Part shown: piece by piece, positions 37,907 to 47,600 of the stretch
Layout of the letters: the number at the start of each line of letters is the position of its first letter
Numbering within the stretch: position 1 is the stretch's first letter
Virus record (IMG/VR): IMGVR_UViG_3300046698_000515
Coordinates: 9,566-73,565 of that record
Length of the DNA: 64,000 nucleotides
Source of the DNA: a virus
Strand: one strand, 5' to 3'
Program-made: the position numbers and the translations under genes
The notes under the pieces: generated by a model
Told to the model about the DNA's origin: nothing
What the model saw: only the letters and a program-made list of their open reading frames with translations
The model's database searches: none

Positions 37907-38608
37907 ATGAATAAATTACAAAATTTAGATCGGGTTTGGCTGGGAATGTTCTCGCAGACTGGAAATGAACTATTTGAAGTTTCAAAAAATCTGGGACGTT
38001 TTCCAGACGTTATTATTACTGATCGAATTGACTTTGATGGTGTGAATCGTGATCTGCTTGAAGCGATTCAAAAAAATAATATTCGGTTAATTCAGATGAC
38101 TCGACCGACTGTTGATGATTATCGAATGGCTATTCCGTTTGGTGCATTAGTTACTTTACATGGTTATTTGAAAATTCTTCCGCCTGAAATTTGTGACGAG
38201 TATGAAATTTTCAATGGTCATCCTGGCGATATTGTTCTTTATCCTGAACTAAAAGGAAAGGATCCGCAAGCAAAAGCGATTAGATTACATCTTCCATCTA
38301 CTGGATGTGTTATACATTCCTGTTCCAAAGATTTGGATGGAGGACAAGTTATAGCTAGAGAATGTCAACGGATTGACTATCTTACACCATTAGAAGAAAC
38401 CGTAAATCAATACTATCTACATTCATATTATATGAGTATGGAGGAAGAAAATATTAAAATTTTAACATACGTTCTTCACGATATTTCTATTCGTATGTGG
38501 ACTAACTTTCTTGAAGAAAAACTCATTGTAAATCCTATTGATTTTGATAATCATCCTTCAACTGATATTAATACTTTAGTACTTTTAAGCTTTACAGGTT
38601 ATTTCTAA
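37907..38608 (+). CDS. formyltransferase (PurN/DpdN-like)
   Basis: FSQTG.E, LHGYLKILP, NGHPG, TGCVIH..LDGG. Confidence 0.8.
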   Translation: MNKLQNLDRVWLGMFSQTGNELFEVSKNLGRFPDVIITDRIDFDGVNRDLLEAIQKNNIRLIQMTRPTVDDYRMAIPFGALVTLHGYLKILPPEICDEYEIFNGHPGDIVLYPELKGKDPQAKAIRLHLPSTGCVIHSCSKDLDGGQVIARECQRIDYLTPLEETVNQYYLHSYYMSMEEENIKILTYVLHDISIRMWTNFLEEKLIVNPIDFDNHPSTDINTLVLLSFTGYF

Positions 38609-38609
38609 A

Positions 38610-38900
38610 ATGACTACTCCATCAGAACAAAATTCTCCAGCACGAGAAGGTAGTGATCTTCCTAGATTTAATGGATATAAACATATCATTGATGATGGTG
38701 ATTGCACTGATCATGGATATTTTATACCTAAACAACCTATACCAAAAAAGCAAAAAGTATATACAGAAGCTGAAGTAAGAAAGATGAGGGATACAGTCTA
38801 CGGTCAAATTTCTTCTGATAAGAATTGGAAAAAATGTAAAAAGAAATGGATGAAACAGGAGAATATTCTTTGGCTTGAACGAGGGTTAAAGCTGTGTTAA
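38610..38900 (+). CDS. hypothetical protein
   Basis: Packed ORF. Confidence 0.5.
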   Translation: MTTPSEQNSPAREGSDLPRFNGYKHIIDDGDCTDHGYFIPKQPIPKKQKVYTEAEVRKMRDTVYGQISSDKNWKKCKKKWMKQENILWLERGLKLC

Positions 38901-39460
38901 TTTCCTTATCAGGAGCTCAAAGTTGCGGCAAAACCACTCTCCTTCAAGAGTGTAAGAAGCTTAAATTTCTTGAAGGGGCAACTTTTGTAGATGAGGTTAC
39001 CCGTAAAATAGCAAAACAAGGTATTTCTATTAATACAGATGGAAATAATTTAACACAGCTTTTAATTATAAATGAGCACATACAAAATTCTTTATTAACA
39101 AATGCTTTTTTAGATCGGTGTATTGTAGATGGATTTATTTACACTGAATATTTATATAAACATGAAAAGGTAGATGGTTGGGTTTATCGTTATGTAAATC
39201 ATATATATGACATGTTACTTCCAAAATATGATATTATTTTCTATTGTGCACCAGAAGGTGTTCCTTTAGAAGATGATGGAACCCGAGTAGTAGGAAAAGA
39301 AGGAGAAGAATTTAGAAATGAAATCATTCAAAGATTCAATTACAATTTTATTGTAGATAGAAGATTAGGTAAAAAAACACGAGTCTTAACTGGTAGTGTA
39401 GTTGAAAGAATGAATAAAATTCATAGAGTGTTAGAAGAAGAATTTGAAAGAAAAGATTAA
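38894..39460 (+). CDS. P-loop nucleotide kinase (NadR/AAA_28-like)
   Basis: SGAQSCGKTT, DRC..D, EDDGTR. Confidence 0.8.
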   Translation: MLISLSGAQSCGKTTLLQECKKLKFLEGATFVDEVTRKIAKQGISINTDGNNLTQLLIINEHIQNSLLTNAFLDRCIVDGFIYTEYLYKHEKVDGWVYRYVNHIYDMLLPKYDIIFYCAPEGVPLEDDGTRVVGKEGEEFRNEIIQRFNYNFIVDRRLGKKTRVLTGSVVERMNKIHRVLEEEFERKD

Positions 39461-39461
39461 T

Positions 39462-39713
39462 ATGCATTATAGAAAACTTCTTAATTCAGATAGAGTGCTA
39501 GAATCTCCTCAAGAAGTTAGTATGACTATTTCTTCTAAATGTCCTAGAAAATGGGCATTTGTAGATATGGAAACTGGTGATATTTGGATGCATAAAACAA
39601 GATTAAAAAAACATAAAGACTACCCTTATAATTTTTACCAAGCAGATCAAGATGTAATTGATAACATAGCTATAATTATAGACGATTGGAATAAAGTATT
39701 TACAAAAATATGA
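39462..39713 (+). CDS. hypothetical protein
   Basis: SKCP.KW.FVD.ETG. Confidence 0.6.
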   Translation: MHYRKLLNSDRVLESPQEVSMTISSKCPRKWAFVDMETGDIWMHKTRLKKHKDYPYNFYQADQDVIDNIAIIIDDWNKVFTKI

Positions 39714-40606
39714 TCAATAAAGTATTAGGACAAAAAATAGCAGCTCCTTCACAATATGATAAGTCAATTCTTGTTCGTGAAGAAAGGCAAAAGAATAGAA
39801 GCCAAATCGGATTAGATAGTAACAATCTTCCTTTTATAGGTTATGATATTTGGAATTGTTGGGAAGTTTCTTGTTTAACTGATTATGGATTACCTGTAAC
39901 TGCAATTGCAAAAATTGTATATCCTGCAAGTAGTAAATACATTGTTGAGTCGAAATCTCTAAAGTTGTATTTCAACTCATTCAACATGACTAAGTGTGGC
40001 GATTATGCTGATAAGGCTTTAGTTAAACTAAAAGTTTTAGCTGAAAAAGATTTATCTGAATTACTAGAAACAAAAGTAGTAATTGGAATATTTCAAGCTA
40101 CTAATATAGGATTTATAGTTCCTCCTATTACTAATTGGTTAACAGAATATGAAGATTGGGAAAATATTGATTATGCTAATGATGGATTTGAATATAATGA
40201 ATATAAAGAAAATCCTGAATTATTACAAATAGAAGAAAATCCAAAGGGTATAATTGTTGCACAAGCGTTTGTTACAACTGTATTACGAAGTAATTGTCCA
40301 GTAACCGGAGCACCAGATGCTGGAGATGCGTATATCTACATTAAAGGTGTAAACCCGATTGATAAAGAAAGTTTACTTAGATATATTGTTTCATTTCGCG
40401 AACATAAAGAATTTCATGAAAATTGTGTTGAGCGTATTTATACTCGTTTATGGAATAAATTTACTCCAGATGAATTATTTGTATATTGTGCATACGTCCG
40501 CAGGGGTTCGCTAGATATAAATCCGCTTCGTGTTTCACATGTAGATTTAATTCCAGAACAATTAATTTCTATTACATCACCTTTTGTAAAAACATTAAGA
40601 CAATAA
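39710..40606 (+). CDS. queF: preQ0 nitrile reductase, two-domain type
   Basis: D.W.CWEVS, VESKSLKLYFNS, RSNCPVTGAPD, EFHENCVE, YVRRG.LDINP.R. Confidence 0.9.
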   Translation: MINKVLGQKIAAPSQYDKSILVREERQKNRSQIGLDSNNLPFIGYDIWNCWEVSCLTDYGLPVTAIAKIVYPASSKYIVESKSLKLYFNSFNMTKCGDYADKALVKLKVLAEKDLSELLETKVVIGIFQATNIGFIVPPITNWLTEYEDWENIDYANDGFEYNEYKENPELLQIEENPKGIIVAQAFVTTVLRSNCPVTGAPDAGDAYIYIKGVNPIDKESLLRYIVSFREHKEFHENCVERIYTRLWNKFTPDELFVYCAYVRRGSLDINPLRVSHVDLIPEQLISITSPFVKTLRQ

Positions 40607-40607
40607 T

Positions 40608-40862
40608 ATGGATACTGATACACAAAATTTAAGTGGTAATATTACAATTATTCCGCCTTTTATTACAACATTAGAAAAACCTTTCAAACTTTATTCTACT
40701 GGTATTTTCTTTAGAGAAGAAAACGGATTTGGGATAGTTTTTACAAGAAAATGTACTGATATAAATACATCTTTAGCAATTGAAAGTGTATGTAATGATG
40801 CATTTAAATTAGGATTTGAAGAAGGATCAAAAACATTTAAAGAAAAATATGGATATATTTAA
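40608..40862 (+). CDS. hypothetical protein
   Basis: Packed ORF. Confidence 0.5.
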   Translation: MDTDTQNLSGNITIIPPFITTLEKPFKLYSTGIFFREENGFGIVFTRKCTDINTSLAIESVCNDAFKLGFEEGSKTFKEKYGYI

Positions 40863-41778
40863 CTCACTTTGGATTGAAAAATACCGTCCCGCTATTTTAG
40901 GTGATTTAGTTTTAAGTAAAGAAAACTTAGATACATTTAATGTTTACCGTAAAGAGCAGAATATACCTAATCTACTTTTTGTAGGCAACCCAGGTACAGG
41001 AAAGTCGACCCTTGCTAAGGTGACTGTAAAGGATATTCTTGATTGTCAATACATGTACATTAATGCATCAGATGAATCAGGTATTGATACTATTCGGAAC
41101 AAGGTAATAGGATTTGCACAAACAAAGAGTATTGATGGTAAAATTAAGGTAATTATTTTAGATGAAGCGGATGGAATTTCAGGCGATGGCCAGCGTGCTT
41201 TGCGTAATGTAATGGAAGAATATTCACAAATTTCAAGATTTATTTTAACTGCAAATTTTCGCTCTCGTATCATATTACCATTGCAAAGTAGGTGCCAAAT
41301 ATTTGATTTAGTTCCACCTATTGAAAATATTATTACAAGACTAAAATTTATTCTTGATACTGAAAAAATAAAATACAATATAAATGATATTGAGCAAATT
41401 TCACGTGAAAATTATCCAGATTTACGTAAATGTATTAGCCAAATACAACGATATAGTAAAAATGCTAATCTATTATTACCAATAAAGGCTGAAGTAAACG
41501 ACTTTATTGAATCTTTGTTTAAACTATTACAAAATGGACATGTGTTAAAAATAAGAAAATGGGTTATTGAAAGTGAGATCAAATTTGGAAATGATTATCC
41601 CTTCCTCTTAAAACAATTATTTGATTATGTATATATTCAAAAACTTGACAGTGATTGTAAAAAACAATTATTAATAATAATTGCTGAATATCTTTGGAGA
41701 AATTCACAGGTATTAGATCAAGAAATTAATGCATATGCATGTTTTTTACAAATAAATGAAGTATTAATTAAAAAGTAA
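40849..41778 (+). CDS. clamp loader ATPase subunit (T4 gp44/RFC-like)
   Basis: LWIEKYRP, GNPGTGKS, INASD, ILDEAD, Q.ALR, SRC. Confidence 0.92.
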   Translation: MDIFNSLWIEKYRPAILGDLVLSKENLDTFNVYRKEQNIPNLLFVGNPGTGKSTLAKVTVKDILDCQYMYINASDESGIDTIRNKVIGFAQTKSIDGKIKVIILDEADGISGDGQRALRNVMEEYSQISRFILTANFRSRIILPLQSRCQIFDLVPPIENIITRLKFILDTEKIKYNINDIEQISRENYPDLRKCISQIQRYSKNANLLLPIKAEVNDFIESLFKLLQNGHVLKIRKWVIESEIKFGNDYPFLLKQLFDYVYIQKLDSDCKKQLLIIIAEYLWRNSQVLDQEINAYACFLQINEVLIKK

Positions 41779-41877
41779 ATGGCAAAAACACACACAAGTA
41801 CAATTCCTATTAAATATCCAGTAGATTTACAAGGTCAAAGATTTAATAAATTAACAGTTATTAAATTTACTCGCTAA
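41779..41877 (+). pseudogene. truncated endonuclease remnant
   Basis: DLQGQRFNKLTVI then stop; resembles N-termini of AP2/HNH homing endonucleases. Confidence 0.45.
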
Positions 41878-41884
41878 ATATTTA

Positions 41885-42247
41885 TTATTCATCATGAATT
41901 CTTTTTAATGTTTCGGGATTAGGAATATAATCTGAATAAAAGCTAACTGAAAGTAATTCTTTAATTGCAAGTTCTATTGGTAAATATATTAATACAGAAG
42001 GCTTATTTTTTGTAGCTGTATTAAATAATTCAATAATTACCAAATTTTTTGTTCTTTCTACTACAATACCTTTACCTTTTGTAGGTGGATGTATATCATT
42101 TCCAAATATTGATGATAATAATGTCGATGTTTCTGAATCAAGAGGTAATGATTTTTCATGTGTTTTATACTCACAAATGGTGCCAACAGGAAATAAATTT
42201 TTATTTCTCTGATATGCTTCAAAAATTAATTGTGAGTCTTTATTCAT
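41885..42247 (-). CDS. LIFEAY-leader protein
   Basis: MNKDSQLIFEAY. Confidence 0.8.
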   Translation of the reverse strand: MNKDSQLIFEAYQRNKNLFPVGTICEYKTHEKSLPLDSETSTLLSSIFGNDIHPPTKGKGIVVERTKNLVIIELFNTATKNKPSVLIYLPIELAIKELLSVSFYSDYIPNPETLKRIHDE

Positions 42248-42522
42248 TATTTTAAATATTCTGCAGAAAATATTAATTTATTATTGTCTGAAAATTCACC
42301 AACACCTTCTTCTTCCCAATTACTTTTTATTAATCCTTTTTGTGCTAAATCATATAAAATATCATCCATACCTGGACAATTTCCACCATAAACAGGTTTT
42401 GCTAATTTACATAATTTTTCATGTGTTATTCCTTCATTTTGTTTAATCAAATTCAACACATCATTTTCATATGTTCTGTGCTTTTTATAAGCTTCAAAAA
42501 TTAATTGCGAATCTTTATTCAT
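42247..42522 (-). CDS. LIFEAY-leader protein
   Basis: MNKDSQLIFEAY. Confidence 0.8.
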   Translation of the reverse strand: MNKDSQLIFEAYKKHRTYENDVLNLIKQNEGITHEKLCKLAKPVYGGNCPGMDDILYDLAQKGLIKSNWEEEGVGEFSDNNKLIFSAEYLK

Positions 42523-42875
42523 TATAGAACACTACCACGTTTATAGAGTGCTTTGGTCCCAGTACCGGGTTTTACAACAGGACCATCAGAAGAATGCATA
42601 TCTACAAGTTCTTGTGCTAATTCCTTAATAACTTCAAATTTTGCATCTTGTTCTTGAGGATTACCAGGATTATGCTCAAGTTGAACAATAGTTTGTAAAA
42701 TTTCATTACCTATTGTAACTTCTCGTTTTTCAGCAGGATTTGACATATCTGTCTCATCATGTTGAGGAGTTTCAGGAGCTGGTTGTTCACCTTCTTCTTT
42801 TATAACTTTTGTTCTTGATTGTTTAAAGGCTTCGAATATTAAGCGATCGTCTCGTTTCATAAGTGGTATTGTCAT
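42522..42875 (-). CDS. LIFEAY-leader protein
   Basis: MKRDDRLIFEAF..IKE. Confidence 0.75.
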   Translation of the reverse strand: MTIPLMKRDDRLIFEAFKQSRTKVIKEEGEQPAPETPQHDETDMSNPAEKREVTIGNEILQTIVQLEHNPGNPQEQDAKFEVIKELAQELVDMHSSDGPVVKPGTGTKALYKRGSVL

Positions 42876-42886
42876 AAATATTTATT
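42873..42886. promoter_or_regulatory. overlapping divergent late-type promoters
   Basis: Palindrome ATAAATATTTAT gives CATAAATA (+) and AATAAATA (-) between divergent starts. Confidence 0.55.
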
Positions 42887-42892
42887 AGTAAT

Positions 42893-44638
42893 ATGATTGA
42901 TTTTGAAGAATATTGTAAGAATTCACTTTTATTAGAATACAACCAGGCAATAATTGTAATGCTAATAGAAAAATTTAAGAAAGAGCGAAAAAATCTGACA
43001 GATCAACAAATATACTATTATATTAATAGATTTGATCAGGTAAGAAATTCTCCTAGATTTGTTGAAATTGTAAGTGCTACTTATCCAGCTATTACTAATC
43101 CAAAAGATATTTTGCAATTTACATTCAGACAAATAGAATCTATTGTTGACCAATTTCCACAACGCGAAAAACAAACTCCTACACCGCAAAATAATTTATC
43201 ACAAGAAGATCCTTATAAAGATTTACAATTAGTTTCTAGTGCAAATGGATTAAAAATATATCACGCAACAAGTCAACAAGGATGTATCGCTATTAATAAG
43301 GGTATATTTGATAGAACATATAATTTTTGTGTTTCTACTAGTAGTGCAGGCAATCTTTATAATAATTATAGATTTAGTGGTAAAGGATATTCATTTTATT
43401 TTGTTTATGATCCTTCATTAAATAAGGCAAATATTCTACATTTATTAGTTTTACAAATCAGTCCTTCTGGAAAAATAATATTTACTACCGCTGCTAATAC
43501 AGGAAACAGCCAAATTTCTTGGAAAGAATTACTTAAAATGCAGCCAAAATTAAAGGGGCTTGAAAGTGTTTTTTCGTTTCATCCTTATACACGAGAAGAG
43601 AAAATAATAAAAGCAATTGAAAGTAGATCACCTACACAATTTGGTAGACTTAGCTATGATGATAAGAAAATGTATATACAATTAGGTGGTGAAATAAATG
43701 TAATCAATTATAGAGCTTTACCAGGAGAATTAAAATTAGTGTATATTAATCATTTACCTTTCACTAAACGGTTAAAAGAAAATATAGTTAACTGGATTAA
43801 ACAGCATGAACCAAATAATTGGGCACGTTTACAAGAATTATTACATTTAGAAGAGTTTAAAAATTTATCACAAATTGGAATACTACGTAAATTGAAATTT
43901 TTTAATAATCCATGTTTTGCTAAATTAGCTTATAGAAACTTAGGCATTAATCCAATAACAATAAAATTAGGAAGGAGTACCGTTATTAATGACCAATGTT
44001 GTTTAATTTTTCCGTATAAAGATGCTGAACAGTTATTATCAACAGTAACACAAAACAACTTAAATAAAATACAAGAAAGATTTAAAATAACATGGGATAC
44101 TATTTATACATATCCATTATTAGTATTTAATTATCACTATGCTGCCGCAGCATATGTACTAAAGTGGAGTTATTTTATATTCGGTAAAACAAGAAAAGGT
44201 AAACAAGTGATTTATGCAAGAAAAGAAACGTGGTCACCGGAAGCGGGGCAAACTTATTTATACACTGAAGAAGGAAAAGGTATGGCAACAGATTATGTAA
44301 AACCAACAGAATATTATAGAGGTAATGTAAATCCAGTAAAATATCCTAAAGGACGTAAACTAAATTTAGAAAATTTTGAAGATTTTAGTAAGAAAACTCT
44401 TTTATTAGAATTTAATGAGGCAACTATAAATGAAATTGCAGATGCAGCACCAGTTGTAGAACCAGCAGAACCAACTACAATTCCTCGTCCAGTTAAACCC
44501 GCTACACCACAACCAAGGCCTCAACATCCTATGCAACCAACACGACCTAATATTAAACCGCGTCCTAAAGCAGAAGATGATAATCCTGATGTTGAATTAT
44601 TTTACCGATTGAGAGGAATTACATATGGGAACAATTAA
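42893..44638 (+). CDS. modular head-associated protein (module A plus Pro-rich tail)
   Basis: MIDFEEYCKNSLLLE|YN; internal FEDFSKKTLLLE|FN before APVVEP..KPRPKA. Confidence 0.8.
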   Translation: MIDFEEYCKNSLLLEYNQAIIVMLIEKFKKERKNLTDQQIYYYINRFDQVRNSPRFVEIVSATYPAITNPKDILQFTFRQIESIVDQFPQREKQTPTPQNNLSQEDPYKDLQLVSSANGLKIYHATSQQGCIAINKGIFDRTYNFCVSTSSAGNLYNNYRFSGKGYSFYFVYDPSLNKANILHLLVLQISPSGKIIFTTAANTGNSQISWKELLKMQPKLKGLESVFSFHPYTREEKIIKAIESRSPTQFGRLSYDDKKMYIQLGGEINVINYRALPGELKLVYINHLPFTKRLKENIVNWIKQHEPNNWARLQELLHLEEFKNLSQIGILRKLKFFNNPCFAKLAYRNLGINPITIKLGRSTVINDQCCLIFPYKDAEQLLSTVTQNNLNKIQERFKITWDTIYTYPLLVFNYHYAAAAYVLKWSYFIFGKTRKGKQVIYARKETWSPEAGQTYLYTEEGKGMATDYVKPTEYYRGNVNPVKYPKGRKLNLENFEDFSKKTLLLEFNEATINEIADAAPVVEPAEPTTIPRPVKPATPQPRPQHPMQPTRPNIKPRPKAEDDNPDVELFYRLRGITYGNN

Positions 44639-47600
44639 TTTTGAAACATTTTATCTTCTCGAATCTGTTTTTGATGATGCTTACACCCATTGGAAGATTG
44701 AAGCGGGTGTTGATCCTAGTGGAATAACAGGTGACACTATAGAAGAATACATCGACACATTCAAGATATTAAAACAACGTAACTTTCTAAAAGGATCAGA
44801 AGCAGATATTTCTCCATGGATTAAGAAACCTTTCAGTGATTTTAAAGCCTTTGTTGATGCTAAAAGTAAACAGCACGAGCAGAAAAGCGCCATCAAACGA
44901 ACAGAAGGAGATATTGAACGCGTATTTGAGAATGAATTTTGCACGATAGTCTGTCCTAATACATTTGAAGCTTCGAAGAAATACGGAGCGGGAACTAAAT
45001 GGTGTATAAGCGGAAATGTTATTCAACACTGGAAGAGCTATACAGAGAAGGGTACAAAATTCTACTTCATATTACCGAAGAATAATACACATAAATTAGC
45101 TGTGGCCGTTTATCAGAATAATTCTTCTAAAGAAGTGTATAATGAGCTCGATCAGACTATATCTATACAAAAATTTACTGCGCTATTAAAGCAGTATGCT
45201 ATTCCAAAGACAGTATTATTTACGAACGAAATGGATTGGGATAAATGGCTATTACAGCACAAGCACACTATTAATCCTGATGGAAGTGTAGATATAGATG
45301 GAGATATGAATCTATCTGAAATGAAGCTGAAGGAGCTTCCATTTAAGTTTGGAAAAGTAACAGGAAATTTTTACTGTTACAGCAATCAGCTCACGTCACT
45401 TCAAGGAGCACCCTCGAAGGTAAGAGGTGATTTTTACTGTTCTTACAATCAGCTCACGTCACTTCAAGGAGCACCTTCGGAGGTAAGAGGTGATTTTTAC
45501 TGTCATTGCAATCAGCTCACGTCGCTTCAAGGAGCACCCTCGGAGGTAAGAGGTGATTTTTACTGTTCTGACAATCAGCTCACATCACTTCAAGGAGCAC
45601 CTTCGGAGGTAGGAGGAGTTTTTTACTGTAATTACAATCAGCTCACGTCACTTCAAGGAGCACCCTCGGAGGTAAGAGGTGATTTTTACTGTTCTGACAA
45701 TCAGCTCACGTCACTTCAAGGAGCACCCTCGAAGGTAAGAGGTGATTTTTACTGTCATAGCAATCAGCTCACGTCGCTTCAAGGAGCACCTTCGGAGGTA
45801 AGAGGGGATTTTTACTGTTTTAGCAATCCAAAATTAAAACAAGCAGATATTGATAAATTAAAACAATTTTATAAAAATCAAAAAATGAAGAAGAAAAATA
45901 TAACTGAAGCATTTGAATTAGGAGATAAACCGGACATGTTCCATTCTTCTCGACAGAAGCTTTACAAGAAACCATTACCTGTCGAAGAAACTTTTCCTGA
46001 TTTAGGAGATACAACAAAAATGAAAAATTTTTCAGATTTTTATAACGAAAGACTCTTATTAGAGTTTAATGATGTAACTGTTAAGAAACTTATAGAAAAG
46101 TTTAAAACGGAGCAAAATAGTTTATCTAATGAAAATATTCTTTATTATTTACAACGTTTTGAACAATTAAAAAATAGTACTAAATTTGTTGAATTAATCA
46201 AAGATAAATTTCCAGAAATAACTATTCAAAATGATATATTTCAGTATACCTTTAAACAATTAGAATATGGAGTAGATCAATTTCCTAAAAATAATACGCT
46301 ACAACAAGCGCTACAACAAGTAAGCCCACAACAGAATCTAATCTTATTAGGAGAAAATGAAGGATTAAAAGTATATTATGCTAAAAATGAGCAGGGCTGT
46401 ATTGAAGTTAATAGTGGTGTGTTTGGTAATACAAAACCTTATTCATTTTGTGTTACACGGAAACATAATGGAATGTATGGAAGCTATCGATATGGAAAAC
46501 ATGAATCTTCTTTTTATTTTTTATATGATTCAACATTACGTGTAACAGATATTAAACATCTGTTAGTAATACAAGTTACTAAATGTAAAACATTTATTCT
46601 AACTTATGCAAATAATACCTATAATGAAGAAATAACATTAGAAGAATTATTAAAAATACAACCTAAATTAGCCCCTATTATTAATTTATTAACACATCAG
46701 AAATATAATGCTGAAGAAGCAATAGCTAAATGGGTTGCTAATCATGAATATTATAGTAGTATGCGTACTTATGAAGAGAAAAAAATGTGGTTAGAAATGC
46801 GCCCTCGCGGCTTAATACTTCAAGATTTTAAAACATTGCCAGATGACTTAAAGAATTTATGGTGTAATGTATATGATGATGGTACGTTTTCCTATATAAA
46901 TATAAATGAAATATTTAAATATATTTTTTTACACGAGCCAGCTTTAACAAAAAGATTTTTGCAAAGATTTTATAGACATGAATTTCATAAATTATGTTTT
47001 GAAGAGTTAGAGAAAATTTTACCTGCTAATTTAAAGCAAGAAGTAAAGGAAAATTATTTTGGTAAAGAAAATCTTGAAAAAATAAACACGTTAACAGATC
47101 CAATTGAACTTTTTGAACTATTAGCTAAACTTAATTATGCTACACTCAATTATGACACAGTTAATAGTAAATTCCCAAAAATTAGTATAATTAGAAATAA
47201 TAAAAAACTAGTAAATAAGAGGGCGGCAATTGAAACAGATTATAATAAGATAGAAAAATATTTACCATCTATAATACAGAGAAATATAAATAACATTAAA
47301 GGTAAGTTTAATATAAAATTTAATAAAATTTATCTTATACCTAACAAACCGTCACGATATGATATCTCACCTGCCTGGCTTTATTATATTTTAGGAACTA
47401 CAAAAAAAGGAAAAGATGTATTATATTATAGGCGCCAGGGAATAAACCCTCAATCAACATTTTCAAAATTTTTTATTAATGACAAAATGTATAAACTTGT
47501 GAATTTATTCAATAAAGATAATTTTGAACAAATGAAAAAAATAACAGAAGCATTTGAATTAGGAGATAAACCGGACATGTTCCATTCTTCTCGACAGAAG

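Noticed and set aside
45363-45827. 63-bp repeats as a CRISPR array
   Set aside because: In-frame coding repeats with only 6 variable nt, no unique spacers and no cas genes
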